Shown: positions 1 through 7,747 of the stretch, piece by piece
How the letters are laid out: each line of letters starts with the position of its first letter
Position numbering within the stretch: the first letter of the stretch is position 1
From: a virus
IMG/VR virus record: IMGVR_UViG_3300032144_000026
Span: 1-41,659 of that record
Direction: 5' to 3' (one strand)
Length of the DNA: 41,659 nt
Made by a program: the position numbers and the translations under genes
Notes under the pieces: model-generated
Databases searched by the model: none
Seen by the model: the letters and a program-made list of their open reading frames with translations, nothing else
What the model was told of the DNA's origin: nothing

Positions 1-127
1 TCGGGATGCTAAGTTCTAAGTCGTGCAAGTGTAATGGTGAAATGGGTGTGTGTAATGCTGGGAACCCCGTACTAGGCACTTCGCACGGGTGGAATTACAC
101 TATTACACTTAAACTTAAAAAATATTG
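1..127. repeat. Window-end overlap, copy 1 (identical to 41533..41659)
   Basis: Base-by-base comparison: tcgggatgctaagttctaag...cttaaaaaatattg is present at both window ends, exactly 127 nt with no mismatch. Confidence 0.97.
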
Positions 128-222
128 GAACTACTTAAAAACCCCAAAAATGGCACTTAAAGACTAAAAACCCGATTTTGCCAAAATAAGTTTTTAGGAA
201 GTGTAATGTGTAATAGCGTAAT
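29..222. repeat. GTGTAAT iteron-like cluster
   Basis: GTGTAAT is direct at 29, 50, 201 and 208, with the variant GCGTAAT at 216. The inverted form ATTACAC is at 94 and 102. That is seven copies in under 200 nt, immediately after the primase/helicase stop codon. Confidence 0.8.
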
Positions 223-235
223 TTTTGGCTGGGCG
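100..235. promoter_or_regulatory. AT-rich tract with CTTAAA(A) and AAAAACCC repeats; candidate DNA unwinding element or origin
   Basis: cacttaaacttaaaaaatattggaactacttaaaaaccccaaaaatggcacttaaagactaaaaacccgattttgccaaaataagttttt. It is markedly AT-rich compared with the rest of the genome and is flanked by the GTGTAAT iterons. Confidence 0.35.
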
Positions 236-266
236 CTTCCCGCCTTCATGGGGGCGCTCAGTGCCT

Positions 267-289
267 GGCTCTTAGTCCTTGGCTCTTAG
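267..289. repeat. GGCTCTTAG x2 (267..275 and 281..289), inverted relative to CTAAGAGCC at 541..549
   Basis: Read directly from the sequence. It belongs to the AAGAGC/GCTCTT hexamer family seen at 483..556 and 1863..1957. Confidence 0.8.
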
Positions 290-482
290 ATGCCCTCGTG
301 GGGGCACTCCCGGGCTCGGTCGCTTGGTACTTGGCACATTCATTGCAAGTGGTAAAGCCTAATTCATTCCCCCCACTCTTCACGCTCCGAACCAAGGACC
401 GAGGGCGACAAAACGCGATTGAGATGCCAAACGACGCAGGGAGGGACCCGCGGAGCTCACAGCATTCGCTGCGCTCACAGAG

Positions 483-556
483 ACAGAGCAAGAGCAATAT
501 CGCCTTCGCTGCGCTCAGTAGCTCTCTATAAGATCAAGAGCTAAGAGCCAAGAGCG
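483..556. repeat. AAGAGC-hexamer array, copy A of a dispersed direct repeat
   Basis: acagagcaagagcaatatcgccttcgctgcgctcag...tataagatcaagagctaagagccaagagc aligns with 1863..1957. TTCGCTGCGCTCA also occurs twice (465..477 and 505..517). Confidence 0.8.
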
Positions 557-626
557 GGTAATCAGTATTGTAGGTGGTTCAAAAATTGTGTCAAGTACCG
601 TTCGTCGGGTGCGCCATTCGTCGGGC

Positions 627-650
627 AATAAAAAGCCCCCATCAGGGGGC
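627..650 (-). terminator. Rho-independent terminator for the leftward two-gene cassette
   Basis: Stem gccccc(635..640)/gggggc(645..650) with loop atca. On the minus strand it is followed by TTTTTATT, and it lies 8 nt after the stop of 658..1050. Confidence 0.75.
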
Positions 651-657
651 GTTGTTC

Positions 658-1050
658 TCAGCGCTGGGCGCGTAACCGTTCGCGGTCTTCCGGTAATCCG
701 TAGCCGTCAATCAATTTATCTAGCAAGTTCTCTGGCTTCACGCCTTCAAATATGTCGCGCAGTTCGTGGCGCGGCCCGGTAATGTCAGGCGTCAGGCACT
801 CACCACAATAGCCGTTATACTCGGGGCACCAGTGCAGGGTAAACCACTCTTGGCGGGCGTGCATAGCCGTCCGTTGTACCGCTTGCATCAGTTCGCTGTC
901 GTCGGTGCTTACGCTCTCCATTGCCTTCAATACCTTAGTCAGCGCCTCGGGGGCGCCGTCGCACTTGTGCGCCAGCAGTACATCCACAACCTTCTCAAAC
1001 GGCGCAAACACAATCACATATTCGCTATCGTTATCATACATAAACATCAC
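658..1050 (-). CDS. Hypothetical protein (130 aa)
   Basis: ORF with coding-like composition, followed by a strong terminator. No motif recognised. Confidence 0.75.
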   Translation of the reverse strand: MMFMYDNDSEYVIVFAPFEKVVDVLLAHKCDGAPEALTKVLKAMESVSTDDSELMQAVQRTAMHARQEWFTLHWCPEYNGYCGECLTPDITGPRHELRDIFEGVKPENLLDKLIDGYGLPEDRERLRAQR

Positions 1051-1068
1051 ACATTCTCCCAGGTAGGC

Positions 1069-1090
1069 GCCGCCCCTCAGCGGGGGCGGC
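1069..1090 (-). other. GC-clamp intercistronic hairpin
   Basis: gccgcccc / ggggcggc 8-bp stem with a 6-nt loop, located between the two cassette genes. Confidence 0.6.
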
Positions 1091-1141
1091 CAATCGCGGC
1101 TAGGTTAGCCACTATCACCAGCACAATCAGCGCTAGTACAA

Positions 1142-1720
1142 TCATGCTTCGGCAACTTCTTGCACTGGGGCAAAGTAGCCGTTCTTTACAAAGGCCTTCA
1201 CGTAGCTGGCGGGGGTGCCGCTCCCAAGGTTCAGCGCTCCGGCCTTATGGTACTTCGCAAGGCACGCTTGCGCCTCGCTAGCGGTAAACCCGGTGCCAAG
1301 GTCTTGCAGTATCACAGCAAGGGCAATAGCGCGGGTATTGGTCGCCTTGTAACCGTGGCTGCGCCATGCTGGGTCGGTGTCCTTGCCCAGCTTTTGCAGG
1401 GTCGGTGCAGCGTTGTGGCCTTCGTCGGCCAGCTTGCGCGCTGGCCCGTTCAGGTTATAGCGGGGGGCGTTGCTAGGCTGGGCGGCAGCTACCAGCACGG
1501 GCGGCAAGGCTTCTCCCGCTTCCGCTGGCGCGTTTACGGCCTGCGGCTGTGCTACCGTAGCGGGTACGGCTTGCGCCACTGCCAGCGGCGCTACAGCGCC
1601 TTGTACGGCGTGCGCCTCATCCCACGCTTGGGCCTCATCATGCACCAGTGCTGCTTCGCGTGCGTCTACGGTCGCGGCAACTTGTGCGCGTACTTGTGCC
1701 TTGGTCATTTGCTTAGCCAT
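1142..1720 (-). CDS. Hypothetical protein (192 aa) with an Ala/Pro/Gln/Val-rich centre and a possible winged-helix-like C-terminus
   Basis: ORF preceded by GAAGG and a candidate promoter. The C-terminal segment NTRAIALAVILQDLG...ASYVKAFVKNGYFAPV looks like a DNA-binding domain, which is only a weak impression. Confidence 0.75.
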   Translation of the reverse strand: MAKQMTKAQVRAQVAATVDAREAALVHDEAQAWDEAHAVQGAVAPLAVAQAVPATVAQPQAVNAPAEAGEALPPVLVAAAQPSNAPRYNLNGPARKLADEGHNAAPTLQKLGKDTDPAWRSHGYKATNTRAIALAVILQDLGTGFTASEAQACLAKYHKAGALNLGSGTPASYVKAFVKNGYFAPVQEVAEA

Positions 1721-1768
1721 GTCGTATTACCTTCTAGTGGCCGGGGCCCTTTGCCTCGGTATGGGTTA

Positions 1769-1798
1769 ATTATACGGTAGTACCGTGTCATTTGGCTA
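1769..1798 (-). promoter_or_regulatory. Candidate sigma70-type promoter TAGCCA-N18-TATAAT driving the 1720..658 cassette
   Basis: The reverse complement reads tagcca aaatgacacggtactaccg tataat, with a perfect -10. The spacer contains the CGGTA-N-TACCG palindrome. Confidence 0.45.
1774..1786. promoter_or_regulatory. Palindrome ACGGTA-g-TACCGT, an operator-like site (copy 1 of 3)
   Basis: Perfect 6+1+6 palindrome abutting the -10 element. CGGTAcTACCG recurs at 2157..2167 and 2216..2226. Confidence 0.5.
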
Positions 1799-1862
1799 AT
1801 AACACTTTGGCATAACAGCACCATCGGATATGCCATGCGATCGCCCTCGCCTTCGGCTCGGG

Positions 1863-1957
1863 GAAGAGCAAGAGCACAATGCCTTCGCTTCGCTCAGAGA
1901 AGAGCGTTCTTTATAAGAGCAAGAGCAAAAGCAAAGCAAGATCAAGAGCTAAGAGCG
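1863..1957. repeat. AAGAGC-hexamer array, copy B of the dispersed direct repeat
   Basis: gaagagcaagagcacaatgccttcgcttcgctcagagaagagcg...tataagagcaagagcaaaagcaaagcaagatcaagagctaagagc. It is collinear with 483..556 and carries an internal expansion. Confidence 0.8.
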
Positions 1958-2131
1958 AGAACTATAGAGCTGTCCCTCGCTGAGCTCGGTCCTTAGTTCG
2001 TTGCTCGCTTCGCTCGCTGAGATCAGACCTCGTGCTACGCCCTCGGTGGAGCGGACTCGGCGCCTGGAAGATATCACTCCCCCCGGTAGCAGGTAAAGTG
2101 GGGGTGCTCTAGTTTTGCGTCTCGGGTCCCT

Positions 2132-2226
2132 GGTGCGAAATTTCGAGTGGGGTCAGCGGTACTACCGAGTACTGAGTCCTTAGATAGGCCGGTGCGAAAT
2201 ATTCGAACCAATGAACGGTACTACCG
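2132..2226. repeat. Two units of a 59-nt-period repeat: GGTGCGAAAT(T/A)TTCGA, about 10 nt, then CGGTACTACCG
   Basis: GGTGCGAAATTTCGA at 2132 contains the 12-bp palindrome TCGAAATTTCGA, and GGTGCGAAATATTCGAA is at 2191. CGGTACTACCG is at 2157 and 2216. Confidence 0.85.
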
Positions 2227-2256
2227 CGAACCTAGAGCCTAGTACCTAGAATCACC

Positions 2257-2285
2257 TTGCCATTCCCTTCTTTTCATGCTATGCT
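2257..2285 (+). promoter_or_regulatory. Candidate promoter TTGCCA-N17-TATGCT for the virion/packaging operon
   Basis: ttgcca ttcccttcttttcatgc tatgct, about 25 nt upstream of the ATG at 2311. Confidence 0.3.
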
Positions 2286-2310
2286 CAAGGTATTACAGAG
2301 GGTGCCCACC

Positions 2311-2646
2311 ATGACTATTGACTTTAACGTCGCGCTGCAGAACCAGCTCACCGAACGCCAACGTAAGAAGGATCTTAAGGGGGGCGTCGAGAGAATCTGG
2401 AGCCGGAAGCAGATTGAGCAAGCGTTTCTCGAGACTTTTGAGATGGTGGGGGGCGTCCCACGTCTTGCCATCTGGGCCAACCAGGAAGAAAACTACGGAA
2501 AGTTTCTTGAGTTGATGATGAAGCTGGCGCCGAAGGATACTGGGGGCGTCATCGCGGGTGCAGTATTGGAGTACCGCTCGAACGTCCCGCAGAGTCCACT
2601 GAACAAGCCGCGGAAAGACAACGAAGAGGACATAACTGATGTGTAA
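2311..2646 (+). CDS. Putative small terminase subunit (positional call); alternative TTG start at 2257
   Basis: 111-aa ORF directly upstream of terL, with GAGGG 9 nt before the ATG at 2311. The function is inferred from position only. Confidence 0.6.
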   Translation: MTIDFNVALQNQLTERQRKKDLKGGVERIWSRKQIEQAFLETFEMVGGVPRLAIWANQEENYGKFLELMMKLAPKDTGGVIAGAVLEYRSNVPQSPLNKPRKDNEEDITDV

Positions 2647-2672
2647 TCAGTTACTCCATTGGGAGCTAGAAA

Positions 2673-4061
2673 ATGTCTGACCAGCGGCGGAGCGAGCAGC
2701 AGGGACGCACGGTCGTTGAGAGTGCATATCAGCCTCGGGACCACGCGCTGGCTTTCCACGCGCGGAAGGAGCGCTTCGCCATTTTGGTATGGCATCGACG
2801 CGCTGGGAAGACGGTCGCGTGCATCAACGATTTGATAGACAAGGCGCTGCAATGTCCGCTCGCCATGCCGAGGTATAGCTACGTCGCCCCTTTCTATAAG
2901 CAGGCTAAGGACGTGGCGTGGAATTATCTTAAGCTGTACGCCGCACCCGTCATTGACAAGATCATGGAGTCGGAACTGTCCGTGATCCTCAAGAACGGGG
3001 CGCAGGTTCGACTGTACGGGGCAGACAACCCGGACAGCTTGCGGGGGGTTTACAACGACGGGGTGATCCTGGACGAGTACGGGGACATGAGCCCCCGGCT
3101 CTTTGGTGAGGTTATCGCGCCAACGCTCGCCGACCGCAAGGGATGGTGCGTCTTCATTGGGACCCCCAAGGGGCCGAACCACTTCCACACTCTATGGAAG
3201 AAAGCAGCGAACGACGACCGTTGGTTCAAGAGCATGCTGCGGTCTTCCGTATCCGGCATCTTGGACGCCGAAGAACTGGAGATGCTTGCGACGCTGCCGG
3301 GCAGCGACGAGGATACCTTCGCGCAGGAATTTGAATGCGACTTTAACGCTGCCGTCAGGGGGGCGTACTATGGCAAGCTCCTTAAAAAGTGTGAACAAGA
3401 TGGACTTATCGGCGACTTCCCGTGGGACCCTGATCGACTGGTCTATACCGCCTGGGACATTGGCTTTACAGACGACACATCGATCTGGTTCTTCCAGTAC
3501 GACGGTAAGACCATCCGTGTCATTGATTTCTTTACGGTCAGTGGCTACAGTGTTGATGACGTCATTGCGGTCCTCTGGGAACGACCCTACGCTTACGGTG
3601 AATGTTATCTCCCGCACGATGCCAAGAACAAAAGCTTTCAAACGGGAAAATCTACAATGGAACTCATGGCCGCAGCGCAGATGAAGTGTCGCTTGGTCGC
3701 CAACCTGAGTGTTCAGGACGGCATCCAGGCGGTGCGGAAGACGCTCCCCATGATCCAGTTCAATGCGGCCAACGACGACGTTGCAGAAGTGGGGCTGAAC
3801 GCCTTGCGCTTGTATCAGAGGGAATGGGACGACAAGCGCCGGATGTTCAAGGAGAAGCCCCTGCACGATTGGAGCTCCAACCCGGCCGACGCCATGCGCA
3901 TGCTATGTCTGGCTATGAACCCAGCGGCTGCGAAGCGGGCTAAACGTACCGAGGGCCGAGCACCAAGCACTACGAAGGAAGATGCACCAACCGGGAACGT
4001 GTACAACCTTGACAAGCTCTATGCAGAGCGTGCCGCCCGAGACAAGAACAGGAGAATATGA
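2673..4061 (+). CDS. terL: Terminase large subunit
   Basis: Walker A-like WHRRAGKT and Walker B VILDEYGD. The C-terminal nuclease-type acidic motifs are AWDIGFTDDTS and YLPHDA. It lies immediately upstream of the portal gene and overlaps it. Confidence 0.9.
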   Translation: MSDQRRSEQQGRTVVESAYQPRDHALAFHARKERFAILVWHRRAGKTVACINDLIDKALQCPLAMPRYSYVAPFYKQAKDVAWNYLKLYAAPVIDKIMESELSVILKNGAQVRLYGADNPDSLRGVYNDGVILDEYGDMSPRLFGEVIAPTLADRKGWCVFIGTPKGPNHFHTLWKKAANDDRWFKSMLRSSVSGILDAEELEMLATLPGSDEDTFAQEFECDFNAAVRGAYYGKLLKKCEQDGLIGDFPWDPDRLVYTAWDIGFTDDTSIWFFQYDGKTIRVIDFFTVSGYSVDDVIAVLWERPYAYGECYLPHDAKNKSFQTGKSTMELMAAAQMKCRLVANLSVQDGIQAVRKTLPMIQFNAANDDVAEVGLNALRLYQREWDDKRRMFKEKPLHDWSSNPADAMRMLCLAMNPAAAKRAKRTEGRAPSTTKEDAPTGNVYNLDKLYAERAARDKNRRI

Positions 4062-6085
4062 TGAGCGTTTGGGACAAAAGGATCGCAAAGGCCGAAAAAT
4101 TCTTCGATCGGGCCAAGGAACACGGGCGCAAAGTCTACATGCGCTATCAGGATAAGCGTGACGACGAAGTTATCGGCCTGCAACGGGTCAATATCTTCTA
4201 CGCTAACGTGAACACGATCAAAGAATCGTTGTTCAACAGCCTGCCCAAGCCGGACGTTTCCCGACTGCATAAGGGGGATTACGAGGATGACGTCGCAAGG
4301 GTCGCGGCGCTCATCCTCCAACGGGGGCTCGAATACGAGGTGCATTGTGCGAAGTCTTTCACAGGATCTATTAAATACGCAATTCTGGATCGGCTTGTTC
4401 CTGGCATTGGTCAAGTCTGGATCCGCTTCGAGAAACCTGAAGAGATATTTGTTGACGTACTCTATTGGGAAGACTTCATCTACGGCCCCGCTCGGTGCTG
4501 GGAGGAAGTCCCGTGGGTTGGACGTCGTCATGTCTTTTCGGGTGCTGAAGTCACAGAACGGTACGGCAAAGATGCTCTGGCCAAAGTCAGCGCAATTAAA
4601 GACGACAATAACATCACTCCTAAGGAAATCACGGATGGCAAATTCGTCATCTACGAAATCTGGGAAAAGAAAACCAAGAAAGTCTTCCACGTAGCGCTGG
4701 GGGCTGACAAGCCACTGAAGGAAATCTCCGACCCCTACGGGCTGCCGGACTTCTTTCCGTGCCCGCGCCCCCTCGTGGCCAACCTGACTACCAGCGCCTT
4801 CTTGCCAGTGACAGACTACCATCTGGCCCAGGACCAGTACAACGAGCTCGATATCCTGTACGCGCGCATGACCCTCATTTCCAGGGCTGTGAAGGTGGCC
4901 GGGTGCTACGACGCTGCGTCTACCGAGATCGGGTCCATGTTGGAGGGACAAGAGAACAAGCTCATCCCCGTTGACAACTGGGCTATGTTCGCCGAACGTG
5001 GCGGCGCTAAAGGTATGATTGACTGGTATCCGGTCGAGCAGGTCGTAACCGTGTTCCAGGCGCTGGCCGGTCAGTACGAAATGATCAAAGCCACGCTCTA
5101 CGAAGTCACCGGCATGTCTGACATCATGCGGGGGGCGTCCAACCAGTACGAGACCGCGGCTGCGCAGGAAATCAAGGCGCAATTTGCCTCTGTACGTATG
5201 AATGGCTACCAGCGCGACGTCTCCGAGTTCGTGCGTGACATCCTGCGGATCGTTGCAGGGCTGATGTGCAAGCTCTACAGCGATGAAAAGTTCCAGGCGA
5301 TCTGTGGCAGCTTCAACGAGGCCGACCAGCAACTCCTAGCCCCCGCTATGGGCGTCCTGCGCAACGAATTGATGACCAAATACAAGGTCGACATTGAGCC
5401 TGACAGCTTGACCCAGTCTGACTGGGCCTTGGAGAAGGGTCAACGGATGGAATTGACCGGTTATTTGAGTCAATTCCTGGCCTCGGCCATCCCAGCTGTG
5501 GATAACGCCCCAGAACTCGGCCCAATGCTCTTTGCAATGGTCAAATTTAGCATCGCCGGCTTCAAGGGGGCTGCAGAAATCGAAGGGATTATCGATCAAC
5601 AGCTCGCGCTCTTGGTCCAGAAGGCTCAAAACCCAGAACCGCCGAAGCCAACTCCAGAAGAGCAGAAAATGCAGCTGGAACAGCAGAAAATGCAGGGTCA
5701 AATGCAGCTGGAACAGCAGAAAATGCAGATGCAGAGCCAAATGGAGATGCAAAAGGCTCAAATGGAGGCCGGTCTCAAGACCCAGGAGACCGAGCAGCGT
5801 ATGCAGATCGAGCAGCAACAGGCAATGGCGGACCTAGCGGTCAAGCGGCAGGAGTTGCAAAACGAGCAACAGATGTTTATGATGGAAATGGAGATGAAGC
5901 GTCAGGAAATGGAGTTCAAAGAGCGCGAGCTCAACCTGAAGTTGGAGCACCAAATGGTCTCTGGGGCAATGAAGCAGCAGCAACAGCAGGAAGCCGGGGA
6001 TCTCAAGACTCAACAAATGAAAGATCAACAGAAGGTGAACAAAAATGGCAACTCAAACTCCGGCAAAACCAGCCCCAAAGACTGA
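4058..6085 (+). CDS. Portal protein with a long Gln/Met/Glu-rich C-terminal extension
   Basis: 675 aa. The start overlaps the terL stop (atATGAtg) and AGGAG lies upstream. The call rests on size and on its position between terL and the scaffold. Confidence 0.8.
   Translation: MMSVWDKRIAKAEKFFDRAKEHGRKVYMRYQDKRDDEVIGLQRVNIFYANVNTIKESLFNSLPKPDVSRLHKGDYEDDVARVAALILQRGLEYEVHCAKSFTGSIKYAILDRLVPGIGQVWIRFEKPEEIFVDVLYWEDFIYGPARCWEEVPWVGRRHVFSGAEVTERYGKDALAKVSAIKDDNNITPKEITDGKFVIYEIWEKKTKKVFHVALGADKPLKEISDPYGLPDFFPCPRPLVANLTTSAFLPVTDYHLAQDQYNELDILYARMTLISRAVKVAGCYDAASTEIGSMLEGQENKLIPVDNWAMFAERGGAKGMIDWYPVEQVVTVFQALAGQYEMIKATLYEVTGMSDIMRGASNQYETAAAQEIKAQFASVRMNGYQRDVSEFVRDILRIVAGLMCKLYSDEKFQAICGSFNEADQQLLAPAMGVLRNELMTKYKVDIEPDSLTQSDWALEKGQRMELTGYLSQFLASAIPAVDNAPELGPMLFAMVKFSIAGFKGAAEIEGIIDQQLALLVQKAQNPEPPKPTPEEQKMQLEQQKMQGQMQLEQQKMQMQSQMEMQKAQMEAGLKTQETEQRMQIEQQQAMADLAVKRQELQNEQQMFMMEMEMKRQEMEFKERELNLKLEHQMVSGAMKQQQQQEAGDLKTQQMKDQQKVNKNGNSNSGKTSPKD
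5669..5728 (+). repeat. In-frame repeat: a 27-nt core atgcagctggaacagcagaaaatgcag occurs twice, 33 nt apart
   Basis: The identical 27-mer is at 5669..5695 and 5702..5728. It encodes MQLEQQKMQ(G/M)Q units in the portal C-terminus. Confidence 0.9.
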
Positions 6086-6158
6086 GGAAAAGGCTCCTGA
6101 GCCCCCAAAACCGATCGAAATCCCACCAGATTCGGCGTCCGGGCGCAAGGAGTGATCC

Positions 6159-6560
6159 ATGCCAGTCTACGAGGCATCCTGTGACGAGTGTGGTTTCGTA
6201 GTAGACTACATTCGTCGCATAGCGGATGCTGGCGACACCCCCGAGTGCCCTCGGTGCGGAGCCCATACTACCAAGGGCATCTATACCGCACCGGTCGGGT
6301 TTGTGAAAGGTAAGTTTGAGCCGTTCAGGTCTGTGGTGGACGGCTCGCTTATCTCCTCGCAAAGGTCCATGGATGAGCATAACAAAAGAAACAACGTTGT
6401 GTGCTTGGCAGATGGCTACGATGATGCTACAATCAAGTCTGGCCAGTTTAACCGCAAAGAACATAAGCTGGACAAGAAAGAGTTGGCGGCTGATATCCAG
6501 CAGGCCATTCACGAGGTGCAGAACGGCTATAAGCCGCAGATAGGTGAAGCAGATGACTGA
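6159..6560 (+). CDS. FmdB/CxxC_CxxC-type zinc-ribbon protein
   Basis: N-terminus is MPVYEASCDECGF...PECPRCGAHT (CxxC-x22-CxxC). AAGGAG lies 7 nt upstream. Confidence 0.8.
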   Translation: MPVYEASCDECGFVVDYIRRIADAGDTPECPRCGAHTTKGIYTAPVGFVKGKFEPFRSVVDGSLISSQRSMDEHNKRNNVVCLADGYDDATIKSGQFNRKEHKLDKKELAADIQQAIHEVQNGYKPQIGEADD

Positions 6561-7614
6561 CACAACTGTGGAAACCTCACTAGAGGACGACATTCGCGCA
6601 GCGATGGGCGAGGTAGAAAAAGCGGACGACAAGGAGATAGAATCCGCACCGGAGCGACCACGAGATGAGAAAGGTAAGTTCGTTGCTAAGGAAGGAGAAA
6701 CAGAAACTGAGGCCGCTGCACGGCTCCAGCCCGAGGCAGAGAAAAAGCCGGATGCCACCGAAACAAAGGAACCCGCACCTACCGAGGGCCAGCAACAAGA
6801 AGCCCATCTGCTGACGGAAGACAAGGCTCCGAGAGGCTGGGCGCCTGCTATCCGCGAGAAGTGGGGCACCATCCCAGAGGAAATTCGCAAGGAGATCCTT
6901 CGCCGTGAAGAGGCCTCTGCCATCGGTGTGCGTCAGCTGCAGGAAAACTACGCTCCACTGGAGCAGTTTGTCGGCAGCATCGCCCCGTTCATCCAGGAAG
7001 CGCGCCAGAATGGAGTGGCCCCTGACCAATATATCGGCAGCGTCCTTGCTTCTGAGCGCATCTTGCGTCGGGCGGACCTACCAACTAAGTTTCAAGAAAT
7101 CCTGCGCATTGCTGATCAATACGGAGTACCCCTCCGCGACATCATCAATGCCTCTGTGGGGCAGGAGGTTCTGACCAAGCCTCAGCAACAGGCTCAACAG
7201 TACGTGCCCCCTCAGGTAGCGCAGGAACTGGCAGAAGCCCGCCAGTGGCGCGAGCAGTTTGAGCAGCGTTCCATCACCAATGAGCTCAACGCCTTCTCGC
7301 AGGGCAGGGAGTTCTTCGAGGACGTCCGCTCCACAATGGCTCTGTACGTTGAGAGCGGCCAAGCCAAGAGCCTCCAGGACGCTTACGACGCCGCGTGCTG
7401 GGCGACCCCAGCGGTGCGCGATGTGCTTCTGTCCCGCCAAGGCAAGCAACAGGAGCAGACTGATCTGCAGAAACGGCAGGAGGCCGCTGCGGGGGCGAGC
7501 GTCAAGCCAAAGGGCGAGGTAGACGTCAAGGTGGGCGACAAGGATGACGATGACGACGATATCGCCGCTACCGTCCGTAAAGCCTTCGCTGAGTCAGCCA
7601 CCGGTCGGATTTAA
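6553..7614 (+). CDS. Putative scaffolding protein (alternative GTG start at 6544)
   Basis: Acidic, Glu/Ala/Gln-rich and probably helical, with a DKDDDDDD run near the C-terminus. It sits between the portal and major capsid genes. Confidence 0.65.
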   Translation: MTDTTVETSLEDDIRAAMGEVEKADDKEIESAPERPRDEKGKFVAKEGETETEAAARLQPEAEKKPDATETKEPAPTEGQQQEAHLLTEDKAPRGWAPAIREKWGTIPEEIRKEILRREEASAIGVRQLQENYAPLEQFVGSIAPFIQEARQNGVAPDQYIGSVLASERILRRADLPTKFQEILRIADQYGVPLRDIINASVGQEVLTKPQQQAQQYVPPQVAQELAEARQWREQFEQRSITNELNAFSQGREFFEDVRSTMALYVESGQAKSLQDAYDAACWATPAVRDVLLSRQGKQQEQTDLQKRQEAAAGASVKPKGEVDVKVGDKDDDDDDIAATVRKAFAESATGRI

Positions 7615-7694
7615 CTTGCAAATAGGCCGAAGGGGTGCTAAGCTGTTCCATAAGCCGCTCGATGTCCCCTTAGCTTACCCTATCGGCACGGAGC

Positions 7695-7741
7695 TTACCT
7701 CCAAAGTAGAGATGGCGAAATCCCCTTTACTTTGGAGGTAA
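7695..7741 (+). promoter_or_regulatory. Perfect 14-bp stem-loop that sequesters the major capsid Shine-Dalgarno sequence
   Basis: TTACCTCCAAAGTA (7695..7708) is the exact reverse complement of TACTTTGGAGGTAA (7728..7741). Pairs 7709-7727, 7710-7726 and 7711-7725 could extend the stem by 3 bp. The GGAGG at 7734..7738 is the SD for the ATG at 7748. Confidence 0.7.
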
Positions 7742-7747
7742 ACCATC

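Noticed and set aside
1-127. The 127-nt end duplication as a true direct terminal repeat.
   Set aside because: Its length equals a common assembler k-mer and it cuts arbitrarily through a coding sequence. Without read-end data it is more sensibly treated as a circularisation overlap.
258-531. The 79-aa and 77-aa ORFs in the repeat region, and ORF 588..782.
   Set aside because: They run through short-repeat arrays and inverted repeats, lack an RBS and have non-coding-like composition. ORF 588..782 overlaps a terminator and a better minus-strand gene.
1077-1145. A 22-aa hydrophobic mini-ORF with an ATGA overlap to 1142..1720.
   Set aside because: It is very short and runs into the GC-clamp hairpin at 1069..1090. 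The evidence is too weak to call.
483-1957. The AAGAGC repeat arrays as a possible CRISPR array.
   Set aside because: The units are 6 to 9 nt, with no 25-40-nt repeat/spacer periodicity and no cas genes. Two ordinary protein genes lie between the arrays.
2191-2215. A tRNA T-loop-like GGTTCGAAT on the minus strand.
   Set aside because: The flanking bases cannot form a T-stem, acceptor stem or anticodon arm. The sequence is simply the second copy of the GGTGCGAAATATTCGAA box.
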